A stretch of DNA of 64,000 nt from an uncultured bacterium (GTDB lineage Bacteria > Krumholzibacteriota > Krumholzibacteriia > LZORAL124-64-63), in the NCBI GenBank assembly GCA_963727525.1, contig CAVSGO010000005.1, positions 576,001 through 640,000 of the forward strand. The letters run 5' to 3'. Each line of letters begins with the position of its first letter. Position 1 is the first letter of the stretch. The notes under the pieces are model-generated. The model ran no database searches. It saw only the letters and a list, made by a program, of their open reading frames with translations, and was not told the origin of the DNA. This document shows, piece after piece, positions 1-11,268 of the stretch. Position numbers and translations under genes: made by a program.

Positions 1-645
1 GAGCATGGTCACCGGCTGCTTGCGCTTGCGATCGATATGGACGTAGAGGATGTCGTTGATATCGGTGGTGAACTCGACCCAGGAACCGCGGTACGGGATG
101 ATACGGGCACGGAAGAGACGGCGGCCGTTCGGATGGATCTCGTCGCTGAAGAACACGCCCGGCGACCGGTGGAGCTGGGACACGATGACGCGCTCGGCGC
201 CGTTGACGATGAACGTGCCCTTGTCGGTGATCATCGGCAGCTCGCCGAGATACACCTCCTGTTCCTGGATGTCGCGGATCTGGAGCTCGGCGTCGTTCGC
301 GCCCTCTTCCTGATCCTTCACGACCAGCCGCAGGCGTACCTTGAGCGGTACGCTGAAGGTGAGGCCGCGCTCCTGGCACTCCTCGATGCCGTACTTGGGC
401 TCCCCGGTGGTATAACCGATGTACTCCATCACCAGGTGACCACGAGTCGACTCGATCGGGAAGATCGCCTGGAAAACGCCCTCGAGACCGATCTCGTTCT
501 TCTCTTCGTCACCCACACCGTGCTTCAGAAAATCGTTGTATGACTCAAGCTGCACGGCCAGGAGGTTTGGCATCTCCTCCTCGTGCTGGAGCTTGGAGTA
601 GTTGACGCGTCCGGTGAACTTGTCGTTCGGGATCTTGACACTCAC
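1..645 (-). CDS. rpoB: RNA polymerase beta subunit, 5' part (runs off the window edge)
   Basis: Manual translation from GTG at 645: MSVKIPNDKFTGRVNYSKLQHEEEMPNLLAVQLESYNDFLK...YVHIDRKRKQPVTML. Lies directly downstream of rplL. Absent from the ORF track because it is truncated. Confidence 0.97.
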   Translation of the reverse strand, partial: MSVKIPNDKFTGRVNYSKLQHEEEMPNLLAVQLESYNDFLKHGVGDEEKNEIGLEGVFQAIFPIESTRGHLVMEYIGYTTGEPKYGIEECQERGLTFSVPLKVRLRLVVKDQEEGANDAELQIRDIQEQEVYLGELPMITDKGTFIVNGAERVIVSQLHRSPGVFFSDEIHPNGRRLFRARIIPYRGSWVEFTTDINDILYVHIDRKRKQPVTML

Positions 646-781
646 GTGACCACTTCCTCGCGCGAAGGGGCGTCGAACTTGCGGATCCGGCACCCCGCCA
701 TCGGTGGCGTCGGCATCCGGAACCGGGACTCCGCAGCCCCGCGTCCGACACGGACGCGGGGCAGCGGCAAACAGCAGGCGG

Positions 782-807
782 CGCGAACGGTTCCCTCACC
801 GTTCGCG
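782..807 (-). terminator. Hairpin between rplL and rpoB (possible terminator/attenuator)
   Basis: Inverted repeat CGCGAACGG...CCGTTCGCG just after the rplL stop; weak U-tract. Confidence 0.4.
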
Positions 808-813
808 GCGGAC

Positions 814-1206
814 CTACTTCAGGTCGACGATGGCACCGGCTTCCTCGAGCTTGGCCTTGATCTGCTCGGCCTCCGCCTTCGTCACGCCTTCCTTGACGCT
901 GGTCGGCGCGCTCTCGACCAGATCCTTGGCCTCCTTCAGGCCCAGGCTGGTGATGGCGCGGACCTCCTTGATGACCTGGATCTTCTTGTCACCGATGCCG
1001 GTCAGCACCACGGTGAACTCGTCCTTGACCTCATCCTGCGCTTCGCCACCGGCAGCGGGCGCGGCCATCATGGCCATCGGTGCCGCGGCGCTCACGCCGA
1101 ACTTCTCCTCCATGGCCTTCACCAGGTCGGCGGCCTCGAGGACGGTCATGCTCTCGATGAGATCGAGGACCTTCTGAGCGTTCTCACTCAGGTTGATATC
1201 GGACAT
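814..1206 (-). CDS. rplL: 50S ribosomal protein L7/L12
   Basis: [35 protein letters not shown] and KLEEAGA motifs; synteny. Confidence 0.98.
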   Translation of the reverse strand: MSDINLSENAQKVLDLIESMTVLEAADLVKAMEEKFGVSAAAPMAMMAAPAAGGEAQDEVKDEFTVVLTGIGDKKIQVIKEVRAITSLGLKEAKDLVESAPTSVKEGVTKAEAEQIKAKLEEAGAIVDLK

Positions 1207-1292
1207 GGTCGGTCTCTCCTGTTTGTCTGGTTCACACGGCGGCTGTACACGAGACGGGCGCCGTTCCTGTCAACTTGCGACGACTCTGCCGG

Positions 1293-1814
1293 TCAGGCAG
1301 CGGCTTTCTGCTTGGCCACTGCGTCGATCGCGCGCGCGAGGGCGGCGGCGACGCCATTGACCGTGACGGCGATCCCGCGCGCCGGCGAATTGATGCTGCC
1401 CATCATCTGGGAGATCAGCTCGTCGCGACTCGGAATCTTCGACAGGACCAGTACGCGGTCGGGACCGATGTACTGACCGTCGACGATGCCGCCCTTGATC
1501 GTGAGCTTATCGTTGTCCTTGGCGAAATCGACGACGAGCTTCGCCGGGTCCACCTGGCTCTGCGACCCCATCACCAGCGCGGTGGGGCCGCTGAGATGAT
1601 CCTTGATCACCGCCAGGCTGGCCTGGTCGGCGGCGATCATCGCGAGCCGGTTCTTCACGACCCGGCACTCGACGTTCTTCGCGCGACACAGCGACCGGAA
1701 AGCCGTCATCTGCAACACCGTCAGCCCGGTGAAGTCCGCCATGATGACGGACTGCGCCGCTTTCAACTGACCGGTGATCGCCTGGACGTCGGCAATCTTA
1801 TCGGGACGTGGCAT
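1293..1814 (-). CDS. rplJ: 50S ribosomal protein L10
   Basis: DFTGLTV, VVKNRL, LSGPTAL and LSKIPSRDEL motifs; between rplA and rplL. Confidence 0.97.
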   Translation of the reverse strand: MPRPDKIADVQAITGQLKAAQSVIMADFTGLTVLQMTAFRSLCRAKNVECRVVKNRLAMIAADQASLAVIKDHLSGPTALVMGSQSQVDPAKLVVDFAKDNDKLTIKGGIVDGQYIGPDRVLVLSKIPSRDELISQMMGSINSPARGIAVTVNGVAAALARAIDAVAKQKAAA

Positions 1815-1870
1815 GTCGGTCTACCTTCCTTGAACACAACGGACCAGGGCTGAGCGCCCCCGGTTCGCCA

Positions 1871-2560
1871 CTAGGTCAATGATGCGTACTCGATGCGCAC
1901 AGCGGGCGTCATGGTGCCGCTGATGAACATCGACTTCACGTACGCACCCTTCACGGCGGAGGGCTTCACACGCATCAGCTCGTTGTACAGCGAGCGGATA
2001 TTCTCCTCGAGCTGCACGTTCGAGAACGAACGCTTGCCGACCGGTGCGTGGATGATCCCGGCCTTCTCCACCCTGTACTCGATACGACCCGCCTTGGCCT
2101 CCTTGACGGCCTTGGCGATGTCGTTGGTCAGGGTACCGACCTTCGGGTTCGGCATGAGACCGCGCGGGCCGAGGATCTTGCCCAGCTTGCCGAGCTCGCC
2201 CATCATGTCCGGCGTGGCGATGATCACGTCGCAATCAGTCCAGCCGTCCTTGATCTTGGGCAAGTACTCGTCGGCCCCCACCATGTCGGCGCCCGCGTCC
2301 TTGGCCTCTTGCTCCTTGGGCCCGCGCGTGATCACGAGGATCCGCACTTGCCGGCCGGTGCCGTTGGGCAGAACGACGGTGCCGCGAACCATCTGGTCCG
2401 CATGCCGCGGGTTGACGTTGAGGCGAACGGCGCAGTCGACGGTCTCGTCGAACTTCGCCTTGGGGAAGGCCGCCAGTTGCTCGAGCGCCTCGCTCAGCGT
2501 GAATTCCACGTCCTTATCGACCGCGGACCTGGCGTTGCGGTAATTCTTTCCACGTTGCAT
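1871..2560 (-). CDS. rplA: 50S ribosomal protein L1
   Basis: AKFDETVD, DQMVRGTVVLPNGTG and LGPRGLMPNPKVGT motifs. Confidence 0.98.
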   Translation of the reverse strand: MQRGKNYRNARSAVDKDVEFTLSEALEQLAAFPKAKFDETVDCAVRLNVNPRHADQMVRGTVVLPNGTGRQVRILVITRGPKEQEAKDAGADMVGADEYLPKIKDGWTDCDVIIATPDMMGELGKLGKILGPRGLMPNPKVGTLTNDIAKAVKEAKAGRIEYRVEKAGIIHAPVGKRSFSNVQLEENIRSLYNELMRVKPSAVKGAYVKSMFISGTMTPAVRIEYASLT

Positions 2561-2702
2561 CTACGGTGACTCCATACGACCAAGAGGGTTCGATCGGGTC
2601 GGTTCGCGGAACGAACCCGCGACCTACGACCTCCGGCACCCGTCCAGCCCCGATCCGGATTGATCGCGGGCTGCGGCGCCGTGTCTTCTCAGTCCACAGC
2701 CG

Positions 2703-3125
2703 TCACGCGACCTCCAGTCCCATGCTTCTGGCGGTACCGGCGATGATCTTCATCGCCGCATCCAGGGAACCGGCGTTGAGGTCTTCCATCTTCAACTCGG
2801 CGATCTCCTTGATTTGCTCGCGGGTCACCTTGCCGACGACGGTCTTCCCCGGTTCCGCGCTTCCGGACTCGAGGCCAACGGCCTTCTTCAACAGCACCGA
2901 GGCGGGCGGTGTCTTCGTGATGAAACTGAAGCTGCGATCCTGGAACACCGTGATCACAACCGGAATCACCAGACCCATCCGGTCCTTGGTCCGCTCGTTG
3001 AAGGTGTTGCAAAACTCCATGATGTTCACACCATGCTGACCGAGTGCGGGTCCCACCGGAGGGGCGGGGTTGGCCACGCCGGCCTTGATCTGCAACTTGA
3101 TCTGCGTCATGACTTTCTTCGCCAT
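2703..3125 (-). CDS. rplK: 50S ribosomal protein L11
   Basis: [22 protein letters not shown] and IAGTARSMG motifs; start taken at MAKK (3125), downstream of an AAGGAG RBS. Confidence 0.98.
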   Translation of the reverse strand: MAKKVMTQIKLQIKAGVANPAPPVGPALGQHGVNIMEFCNTFNERTKDRMGLVIPVVITVFQDRSFSFITKTPPASVLLKKAVGLESGSAEPGKTVVGKVTREQIKEIAELKMEDLNAGSLDAAMKIIAGTARSMGLEVA

Positions 3126-3320
3126 GAGCATTGTCTCCTTCAATCAGGGTCCTGGCTCCACACCCGGTGGCTGCGATCTGCGGAGAGTCCACCACCCGCA
3201 TCCTGCCGCATCCCGGAGCGTCGCCCCGTCTCTATGAACATCCACCGACGCTGAGAGGTGCGCGGTGGTCGCGACGCCCGGGCCCAGACAAAACCCCGAC
3301 GCCGCCGCACAACGATCGCG

Positions 3321-4112
3321 CTAGACCGCCTTCACTTGCAGGAAGTCCAGCTCGACCGGTGTCTCCTTGCCGAAGATCGAGATCATGACCTTCAGCTTGC
3401 CTTTTTCGTGATTGATCTCGTTGATGACGCCGATCCATTCGCTGAACGGACCGTCCATCACCTGGACGCTTTCGCCCACCTTGTACGGAATCTCGACAGT
3501 CGCCTTGCCCTCCTCGGGCGTGGAGATACGTCCGACGATCCGGTCGACCTCTTCCTGGTCGACAGGTTCCGGACGCTGGGGCGTGCCGCCGATGAAGCCG
3601 GTCACGCCCGGGATGTTGTTGATGAAGTGCTGCGTCTCCGTGGACATCACCATCTCGACGAGGATGTAGCCCGGCAGGAACTTGCGCTTCGACGTGACCC
3701 GCTTGCCGTTCTTCATCTCGGTGATTTCTTGCACCGGCACCAGCACGTCGCCGAAGTGATCCTCCATCCGATTCGACTTGATGGCCATCTCGATGTTGCG
3801 CTTGACCTTGTTCTCGTGGCCGGTGTTCGCGTGGATGGTGTACCAGCGCAGCTTCGAGCGACGCTCGATCTCCGCCTGATCGTCGGCGGTGATACCCAGG
3901 TCGATGGCCGCGAGCAGTTCGGCCTCGGTGGTATCGCCATCGGCGATCGCCGGGGCGTCGCTCGCGTCGGCAGCGTCATGATCGGCTTCGGCAGTATCCG
4001 TGTCGCCGTCGCCATCTTCGGGCAGGTCGAGGAAGAGGGCACCGTCACCATCGGCAGCGGCGCGCGCCTTCTCCTGGTCCGATTCCTGCTTGTCCCTGTC
4101 GTCAGCAACCAT
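3321..4112 (-). CDS. nusG: Transcription factor NusG with an acidic N-terminal extension
   Basis: [32 protein letters not shown] and [12 protein letters not shown] motifs; start at MVADD is approximate. Confidence 0.96.
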   Translation of the reverse strand: MVADDRDKQESDQEKARAAADGDGALFLDLPEDGDGDTDTAEADHDAADASDAPAIADGDTTEAELLAAIDLGITADDQAEIERRSKLRWYTIHANTGHENKVKRNIEMAIKSNRMEDHFGDVLVPVQEITEMKNGKRVTSKRKFLPGYILVEMVMSTETQHFINNIPGVTGFIGGTPQRPEPVDQEEVDRIVGRISTPEEGKATVEIPYKVGESVQVMDGPFSEWIGVINEINHEKGKLKVMISIFGKETPVELDFLQVKAV

Positions 4113-4249
4113 GATGACCTCGAGCCGGCGCCGCGGCCTACCGGCTTCATTGCATAAATGCGCCCCGGATGGTGAAGCCGAACACCCCACCTCCAGGGTT
4201 CAAGTTCTTGTCTCGCCAAGACCTGCGCGTCTGACCGCGCCCCCCGACC

Positions 4250-4438
4250 TCAGCCGAGGGTGATGATCTGCTTGACGGCGTAATCCAGGACCTTGTCGAC
4301 GACGAATACGAACACCGTGATCACCGCCACCGTGACGATGACCACCATTGTCGACTCTTTCAGCTCCGCTGCGGTAGGCCAGGAGACACGCTTCATCTCC
4401 TGGGAGGTTTCGCGGAAGTACTGCATCAACTTGTTCAT
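4250..4438 (-). CDS. secE: Preprotein translocase subunit SecE
   Basis: EMKRVSWPT motif plus one TM helix; between tRNA-Trp and nusG. Confidence 0.96.
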   Translation of the reverse strand: MNKLMQYFRETSQEMKRVSWPTAAELKESTMVVIVTVAVITVFVFVVDKVLDYAVKQIITLG

Positions 4439-4471
4439 CAGCTCACCTTCTCACGAACCGCACCGTACTGA

Positions 4472-4547
4472 TGGCAGGGGCGGCAGGTTTCGAACCCGCG
4501 ACCCTCGGTTTTGGAGACCGATGCTCTACCAGCTGAGCTACGCCCCT
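4472..4547 (-). tRNA. tRNA-Trp (CCA)
   Basis: 76-nt cloverleaf AGGGGCGTAGCTCAGCTGGTAGAGC..CTCCAAA..GGTTCGAAACC..CCA; canonical position before secE. Confidence 0.97.
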
Positions 4548-4602
4548 GCCTGATTCGACGACTCAGGGCATACGCACGCCGGCGCCGAGCGCCGGCGTCA
4601 CG

Positions 4603-4752
4603 CTACCTGGTTTCCTTGTGCGGCGTATGCGTCCGGCAACGCGGGCAGTACTTCTTGTACTCCACACGGTCCGGATGGAGCCGCTTGTTCTTCTTCGTCG
4701 TGTAGTTCCTCTCCTTGCACTTGTTGCAGGAGAGAATGATCAGATCGCGCAT
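4603..4752 (-). CDS. rpmG: 50S ribosomal protein L33 (Zn-binding type, two CxxC)
   Basis: Manual translation [49 protein letters not shown] (49 aa); below the ORF-track size cutoff. Confidence 0.97.
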   Translation of the reverse strand: MRDLIILSCNKCKERNYTTKKNKRLHPDRVEYKKYCPRCRTHTPHKETR

Positions 4753-4784
4753 GACGGGTTCCGCCTTCGACTACTTGGGATCTT

Positions 4785-5978
<1,194 letters not shown>

Positions 5979-6083
5979 CAGCGGCTTCCTCCCGAGTCAA
6001 ATCACTTCACAGCAGTGCGCCGGCTGCACGCGCAGTCCGGCTGCGTCCGTTCTTCCTCACGGCCGTTCCCAACGACTATGGTC

Positions 6084-6159
6084 TGGAGCCCACGAGCAGA
6101 ATCGAACTGCTGACCGCTTGCTTACCATGCAAGTGCTCTACCGGCTGAGCTACGTGGGC
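6084..6159 (-). tRNA. tRNA-Thr (GGT)
   Basis: 76-nt cloverleaf, anticodon loop ATGGTAA, T loop GTTCGATT, CCA end. Confidence 0.95.
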
Positions 6160-6190
6160 CCGATCCATTTCTTCGTCACAACAGCCCTGC

Positions 6191-6266
6191 TGGAGCGGGA
6201 AACGGGGTTCGAACCCGCGACCCTCAGCTTGGAAGGCTGATGCTCTGCCAACTGAGCTATTCCCGC
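6191..6266 (-). tRNA. tRNA-Gly (TCC)
   Basis: GCGGGAATAGCTCAGTTGGCAGAGC..CTTCCAA..GGTTCGAACCC..CCA, 76 nt. Confidence 0.96.
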
Positions 6267-6300
6267 TCCATACCGCCCGCGGTCTCGCGGATCGTCTCGG

Positions 6301-6386
6301 TGGTGGGGGGGGGAGGATTCGAACCTCCGTAGGCTACTGCCGACAGATTTACAGTCTGTTCCCTTTGGCCACTCGGGAACCCCCCC
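6301..6386 (-). tRNA. tRNA-Tyr (GTA)
   Basis: 86 nt with long variable arm, anticodon loop CTGTAAA, CCCGAGTGGCCAAAGGG D arm, ACCA end. Confidence 0.96.
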
Positions 6387-6442
6387 ACGCGTATCTTGCG
6401 CATGGGTCGGCCCCGGAAACGCGATGGGGCCTTCGCTAACGC

Positions 6443-6518
6443 TGGAGCTGGCGAGAGGACTTGAACCCCCAACCGCCTCATTACAAGTGAGGTGCTCTAC
6501 CAGTTGAGCTACGCCAGC
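6443..6518 (-). tRNA. tRNA-Thr (TGT)
   Basis: 76-nt cloverleaf, anticodon loop CTTGTAA; first gene of the classic Thr-Tyr-Gly-Thr-tuf operon. Confidence 0.96.
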
Positions 6519-6582
6519 ACAAGTCCTCGGGCTGGCATCCGCCACCCTCGCGCGAGCGCGAACGCCGGCGCAAGGGACGGGG

Positions 6583-6612
6583 AATATAAATCTGGTTATG
6601 GCGCACTGTCAA
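6583..6612 (-). promoter_or_regulatory. Sigma70-type promoter for the tRNA-tuf operon
   Basis: TTGACA-N18-TATATT on the minus strand, about 65 nt upstream of the first tRNA. Confidence 0.75.
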
Positions 6613-6616
6613 GGCG

Positions 6617-8125
6617 CTATCCCCGGTCGACGCCTGGCTTTCCGCGGGCGCGGCCGGCCTCCTGATCGAGGGGCGTCACCCGGGCCCCCCGCGGACCATC
6701 GGTCACCTGGAACCCGTGGGTGCGGATCTCGTCCCGCAACGCATCGGCCCTCAACCAGTCGCGCCCCTGGCGGGCAGTTTCCCGTGCCGCCACGAGATCT
6801 CGCACCTCAGATGGAATTTCCATACTAGAAATCAAATCTCGCAATCCATCGGGAAATAGCCCCAGGATCTGGTCCGCGGCGTCCAGGAGCTCGACGGCGG
6901 ACGCGAGGGGGGCAAGATCGACGGGTCGGTCATCGGTGGCCTCGAGATACTGGTTCAGATCGCGCACGAGGGCGAAGATCGCGCCCAGGGCGCCGCCCGA
7001 GTTGAAGTCGTCGTCGAGGGCGGCGAAGAACTGCCGCTGCGCCTCGCCCACCGCCAGGGAGAAGGCCTGGCCCGGCAGCGAGACGAGTCCCTCGGGCAGC
7101 GGTGAGGTCCCGGCTTCCCGGTCGCCCACCGCTGCGCGCGCCACGAGAAGCCGGCGCACGCCCCGGCGCAACCGGTCGTACGCCGCCGCCGCCTCCCGCA
7201 GCCGATCGTCCCCGAAATCCAACTGGCTGCGGAAATGGACGCTCAGCAGGAAGAAGCGGATCACCTCCGCGGGATATCGTTGCATGAGGCCGTCAAGGTC
7301 CAGGACGTTGCCGTCGGATTTCGACATCTTGCGGCCGTCGAGGTTGAGCATCCCGTTGTGCAGCCAGAAGTTGGCGTACGGCTCGCCGGTGGCGCAGCAG
7401 CTCTGAGCCACCTCGTTCTCGTGGTGGGGAAACACGAGGTCTCGCCCACCACCGTGGAAATCGAAGTGCGGGCCGAGATACGCGGTCGCCATCACCGAGC
7501 ACTCGATGTGCCAGCCCGGTCGGCCACGCCCCCATGGCGATGCCCAGCCCGGTTCGTCCGGCGGCGCCGCCTTCCAGAGCGCGAAATCGAGGGGATCCTC
7601 CTTCGCGTCGCCCACCTCGACCCGGATGCCGCTGCGCATGTCGTCGACGCGCCGCCCGGAGAGCCGCCCATACGCATCGTAGGAGCGCACGCGGAAGTAC
7701 ACGTCGCCGGCTGCCGCGTAGGCATGCCCCGCCGCCACGAGACGCTCGATGAAGGCGACGATGGCGGGGATGTGCTCCGTCACCCGCGGATAGTGGTGCG
7801 CCGGCCAGACCATCAGGGCCCGCGCGGCCACGTGGTAGGCCGCGATGTTGCGCTCGGCCACCACCGACGCCGTCACGCCTTCCTCCCGGGCGCGGACGAT
7901 GATCTTGTCGTCGATATCCGTGAAGTTCTGGACATGCGTGACCGCGAATCCCCGGTACTCCAGGTAACGCCGCACCACGTCGCAGGCCACGAAGGCGAAC
8001 ATGTGGCCCAGGTGAGGCCGGTCCTGCACCGTCAAGCCGCAGACGTAAAGCCCCACGTGCCCCGGCTGCACGGGCACGAACGCGCGCTTCGCGCCCGTGA
8101 CCGCGTCGTAGACCCGCAGGGTCAC
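6617..8125 (-). CDS. cysS: Cysteine--tRNA ligase
   Basis: [37 protein letters not shown] and KMSKS motifs. GTG start overlaps the ddl stop (GTGA); the 787-aa ORF-track call is over-extended. Confidence 0.97.
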   Translation of the reverse strand: MTLRVYDAVTGAKRAFVPVQPGHVGLYVCGLTVQDRPHLGHMFAFVACDVVRRYLEYRGFAVTHVQNFTDIDDKIIVRAREEGVTASVVAERNIAAYHVAARALMVWPAHHYPRVTEHIPAIVAFIERLVAAGHAYAAAGDVYFRVRSYDAYGRLSGRRVDDMRSGIRVEVGDAKEDPLDFALWKAAPPDEPGWASPWGRGRPGWHIECSVMATAYLGPHFDFHGGGRDLVFPHHENEVAQSCCATGEPYANFWLHNGMLNLDGRKMSKSDGNVLDLDGLMQRYPAEVIRFFLLSVHFRSQLDFGDDRLREAAAAYDRLRRGVRRLLVARAAVGDREAGTSPLPEGLVSLPGQAFSLAVGEAQRQFFAALDDDFNSGGALGAIFALVRDLNQYLEATDDRPVDLAPLASAVELLDAADQILGLFPDGLRDLISSMEIPSEVRDLVAARETARQGRDWLRADALRDEIRTHGFQVTDGPRGARVTPLDQEAGRARGKPGVDRG

Positions 8126-9228
8126 GCCAGATCCCGGGTGTGGGGTATCCGAGCCTCGCGACAGAGGTCGTCGAGCAGCGCGCCGAAGGAGATGCCCACG
8201 GCCGCGGCCGCCTTGGGCACCAGGCTGTGCGCCGTCATGCCCGGAATGGTGTTGAGCTCGAGGCAGAAGTACCGATCGCCATCGAGCCGGAAATCCACCC
8301 GCGCCAGCCCGCGGCAGCCCACCAGGTCGAAGAGCCTCAACGCGTCGGCGCACATGTTCTCGTAGACCGGAGAGTTCACGGGCGCCGGTACGATGTACTC
8401 GCTGGCACCGGACGTGTACTTGTGCGCGTAGTCGTAGAAACCGTCGCGCGGCCTGATCTCGAGCAGCGGCAAGCGCCGGCCGAGCAGGATGGCGGCCGTC
8501 AGTTCGCGGCCGGGGATGTAACGCTCCAGCAAGATGTTCGCGGTACGCCCCTCGGCCGCGTCGGCTACGCGGGTGAAGGTGGTCGCGAAACCATCGGGGC
8601 CGGCAACGATCTCCACCCCCACGCTGCTGCCGGCGCCGTTGAGCTTGACGACGATGGGGTAGCCCAGTTCCTGACCCACGCGGTCCTGCACATGATCCAG
8701 GGTGAGCTGGCCGGGGATGCCGGCGCGCGGCGCCTGCAGGGGGTCCTGCCCGGCCATGGCCAGCGGCCCCCGCGCATCGCGATCCCAGGTCACGAGCAGC
8801 CAGTCGGGCGTGGGGACGCCAGCACTCGCCATGATCCTCTTGCTGGCCGCCTTGTCCATGGCCAGGGCGCTGGCAAGCGGCCCGGAAAGGGCATAGCGCA
8901 CACCGAGCACGTCGAGCACGGCTTGCAGATGCCCGTCCTCGCCCTCGCCGCCGTGCATCGCCGGAAACACCACGTCCCACGTGCCGAGGTCGGGATGTCC
9001 GATCACGTCGGCCACGCGGTCCAGCGCCACGGACGTCACGTCGTGCCCGGCCTCGGTCAGCGCTGCAGCCACGGCGCGACCGGATTCGAGCGAAATCTCA
9101 CGTTCGGGGGAATCTCCCCCCATCAGCACGGCGATGCGCAACGCCGTCCTCCTTGCTCTTCTCTCGAAGACTGGACCTACCTCGTTCACGGGGAGGTTCA
9201 TTGTGCCGGTGGTTGCCGCGAGCGTCAA
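8122..9228 (-). CDS. ddl: D-alanine--D-alanine ligase
   Basis: MGGDSPEREISL, HGGEGEDG, GSSVGV, FYDYAHKY, ARVDF and ELNTIPGMT motifs; start uncertain. Confidence 0.94.
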   Translation of the reverse strand: MTLAATTGTMNLPVNEVGPVFERRARRTALRIAVLMGGDSPEREISLESGRAVAAALTEAGHDVTSVALDRVADVIGHPDLGTWDVVFPAMHGGEGEDGHLQAVLDVLGVRYALSGPLASALAMDKAASKRIMASAGVPTPDWLLVTWDRDARGPLAMAGQDPLQAPRAGIPGQLTLDHVQDRVGQELGYPIVVKLNGAGSSVGVEIVAGPDGFATTFTRVADAAEGRTANILLERYIPGRELTAAILLGRRLPLLEIRPRDGFYDYAHKYTSGASEYIVPAPVNSPVYENMCADALRLFDLVGCRGLARVDFRLDGDRYFCLELNTIPGMTAHSLVPKAAAAVGISFGALLDDLCREARIPHTRDLA

Positions 9229-9250
9229 CAGGCAGGCACGTCGGCGAGTT

Positions 9251-9733
9251 TCAATCGACGGTGGTGAGGAACACGATCGCCTGGGCCGTGATGCACTCCC
9301 CGCGGCCTTCCGGCCCGAGCCCCTCGCCGCGCGTGGCCTTCACGTTGACGGCCGCGATGGGCAGCCCGAGCGCCGCCGCCAGGGTCGCCCGCATCTCGGC
9401 GCGGCGCGGCGCGATGCGCGGCTCCTCGGCGATCACGGTGCAATCGACGTTGCCCACCCGGAAGCCTGCCGCCGCGACCATGGCCAGCACGCGCCGCAGG
9501 AGGTCGAGGCTGTCGGCTCCTGCCCAGGCTGGATCGGTGTCCGGGAAGTGCGTGCCGATGTCGTCGAGGCCGGCCGCCCCGAGCAGGGCGTCGATGATGG
9601 CGTGAGTGACCACGTCGGCGTCGGAATGGCCGCCGAGGCCGCGGGCCTGCGCGTCGAAGCACACTCCGCCGAGTATGCACGGCCGTCCGGCGACGAGAGG
9701 ATGGCGATCGTAACCCAGCCCGACACGGAACAC
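9251..9733 (-). CDS. ispF: 2-C-methyl-D-erythritol 2,4-cyclodiphosphate synthase
   Basis: [33 protein letters not shown] and VNVKAT motifs; GTG start at 9733 after AGGAGG. Confidence 0.95.
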   Translation of the reverse strand: MFRVGLGYDRHPLVAGRPCILGGVCFDAQARGLGGHSDADVVTHAIIDALLGAAGLDDIGTHFPDTDPAWAGADSLDLLRRVLAMVAAAGFRVGNVDCTVIAEEPRIAPRRAEMRATLAAALGLPIAAVNVKATRGEGLGPEGRGECITAQAIVFLTTVD

Positions 9734-9918
9734 GCGGCACGCCTCCTGCGGAAAACACGATCCAGCGCGGCTCGATCCGACTCTAGTGCGAGGGCGTCCC
9801 GGCAGCAATGCCGTTCTCCCGCACCGGTTCGCTGCGTCACTGCGTCATGAATCCACCAAGCACGGGCAGCACGTCACGCACGATGGCCCTCATCAGGTAG
9901 GTCTCGACAGGAGGGCGC

Positions 9919-11268
9919 TCAGCCGTCGACCCGGCAGATCGAGAATCGGTACTTCCCCGAGCGTTCTTGCGGAATCCGGTCGACGGGCACGATGTCCGCG
10001 CGCATCGCCGCCCCCAGCGTGCGGTGCACGGTGTCGACGAGCGCCTGCTCGGTGGCCGCGTCGTAGGCCTCGCCCTGCACCAGGTTGATCGTGAGGTGGT
10101 CGCGCGCGTCCTGCACCATCTGCATCTGCAAGATGCCGGGGTACCGCGTCAGCGTGTTCTCGATGAGCGAGATACCAGCCACGCGCGAGCCGTCAAGAGC
10201 CCGCAGGAAATCGGCCACGCGACCAGTGACCTGCTCCATGAGCGGCAACCCCCGCCCGCACGGGCACTCCCGATCGGAGGGCACGCCGTGATCGCCCACC
10301 TCGTAGCGCAGCATCGGCATGCCGAGATTCACCAGCTCCGTCACCACGATCCGCCCGTCCTCGCCCGGCGCGCACGGCGAGCCGTCGTCGCGCAGAAACT
10401 CCACGATGTTGTGCTCGAAGTTCAGGTGCAGTCCCGCGTGCCGCTCGCACTCGCAGGCGATCAGGCTCACCTCCTCGCAGCCGTAGCGATTGGTCACCGG
10501 AACGCCGAACACCTCCTCGATCACGGCGCGCTCGGCGTCCAGCAGCATCATGCTCGAGGTCACGATGCCCGTGGGCCGCACGCCGTGATCGCGACCGCGC
10601 AGCGCGTCGGCGAGGATGAACACGCTGTGCGCGTGGCCGTACAGCAGCCCGGGCCGCAAGGCGTGCCACTCCCGCACGAAGCGGTCGATCGCCGCGTCGT
10701 CGATGTGCATGGTGTCGAGGTAGATCAACCGATCCTTCAGCGCGAGACGCAGGCGGTTGCGCCACGTCTGCGGCGTCGGCGGATTGCCCCACACCGCGGC
10801 GATCGGTTGCCCGAGCCGCCACCCCGACCACCCATCGCTACGCAGAGCCGCAGCGTTGCGCCGCTGCACCCCCCGCGCGTCGCAGAACACTCGCAGCGCC
10901 ACCCCCGTGGATCCGCCCGTCTTGGCCGGCACCAGATCCTCCCGCCGAAATCGCGACGACAGGATCGCATCCAGATGCTCGCGCACGTCCGCCTTCGTCA
11001 GCAGCGGCAACGACGCCAGGTCCTCGATCGTGTTCACCACTGCCGGCTCGATCCCTGCCGTATCGAGCCGCTCCCGATGGAACGGCGACGTCGCGTGCGC
11101 ATGCATGAGCACGGCCCGCAACCGTTGCCGCCGCAGCCCTTCCAGCCGCTCCCGGTCCCACCACTGGCTCCGCTGCAACTGCCGCAGCTCCTTCAGCCGC
11201 ACGCTCCCCTCGTACAGGTCCCACGCCGGCTCCAGCACGCCGGCCACGATACGATCCGGCAGCCTCAT
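9919..11268 (-). CDS. CapK/phenylacetate-CoA-ligase-like adenylate-forming enzyme
   Basis: LPLLTK, KTGGSTG, YGCEE, MPMLRYEVGD, CPCGR and SGKYR motifs; ATG at 11268 overlaps the upstream stop. Confidence 0.85.
   Translation of the reverse strand: MRLPDRIVAGVLEPAWDLYEGSVRLKELRQLQRSQWWDRERLEGLRRQRLRAVLMHAHATSPFHRERLDTAGIEPAVVNTIEDLASLPLLTKADVREHLDAILSSRFRREDLVPAKTGGSTGVALRVFCDARGVQRRNAAALRSDGWSGWRLGQPIAAVWGNPPTPQTWRNRLRLALKDRLIYLDTMHIDDAAIDRFVREWHALRPGLLYGHAHSVFILADALRGRDHGVRPTGIVTSSMMLLDAERAVIEEVFGVPVTNRYGCEEVSLIACECERHAGLHLNFEHNIVEFLRDDGSPCAPGEDGRIVVTELVNLGMPMLRYEVGDHGVPSDRECPCGRGLPLMEQVTGRVADFLRALDGSRVAGISLIENTLTRYPGILQMQMVQDARDHLTINLVQGEAYDAATEQALVDTVHRTLGAAMRADIVPVDRIPQERSGKYRFSICRVDG

Noticed and set aside
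6617-8980. Apparent long N-terminal fusions on CysS, and likewise on the CapK-like (11751), TyrS (44029), MATE (42476) and SpoIIE (49343) ORFs
   Set aside because: Extensions are Arg/Pro-rich off-frame or antisense readings of neighbouring genes; better starts or stop/start overlaps exist downstream.
8122-9228. VanA-type D-Ala-D-Lac ligase
   Set aside because: Omega-loop reads YDYAHKY, as in D-Ala-D-Ala ligases; no vanH or vanX neighbours.
9830-9910. CTGATGAG on the minus strand upstream of ispF as a hammerhead ribozyme core
   Set aside because: No properly placed GAAA and no convincing stems I-III.
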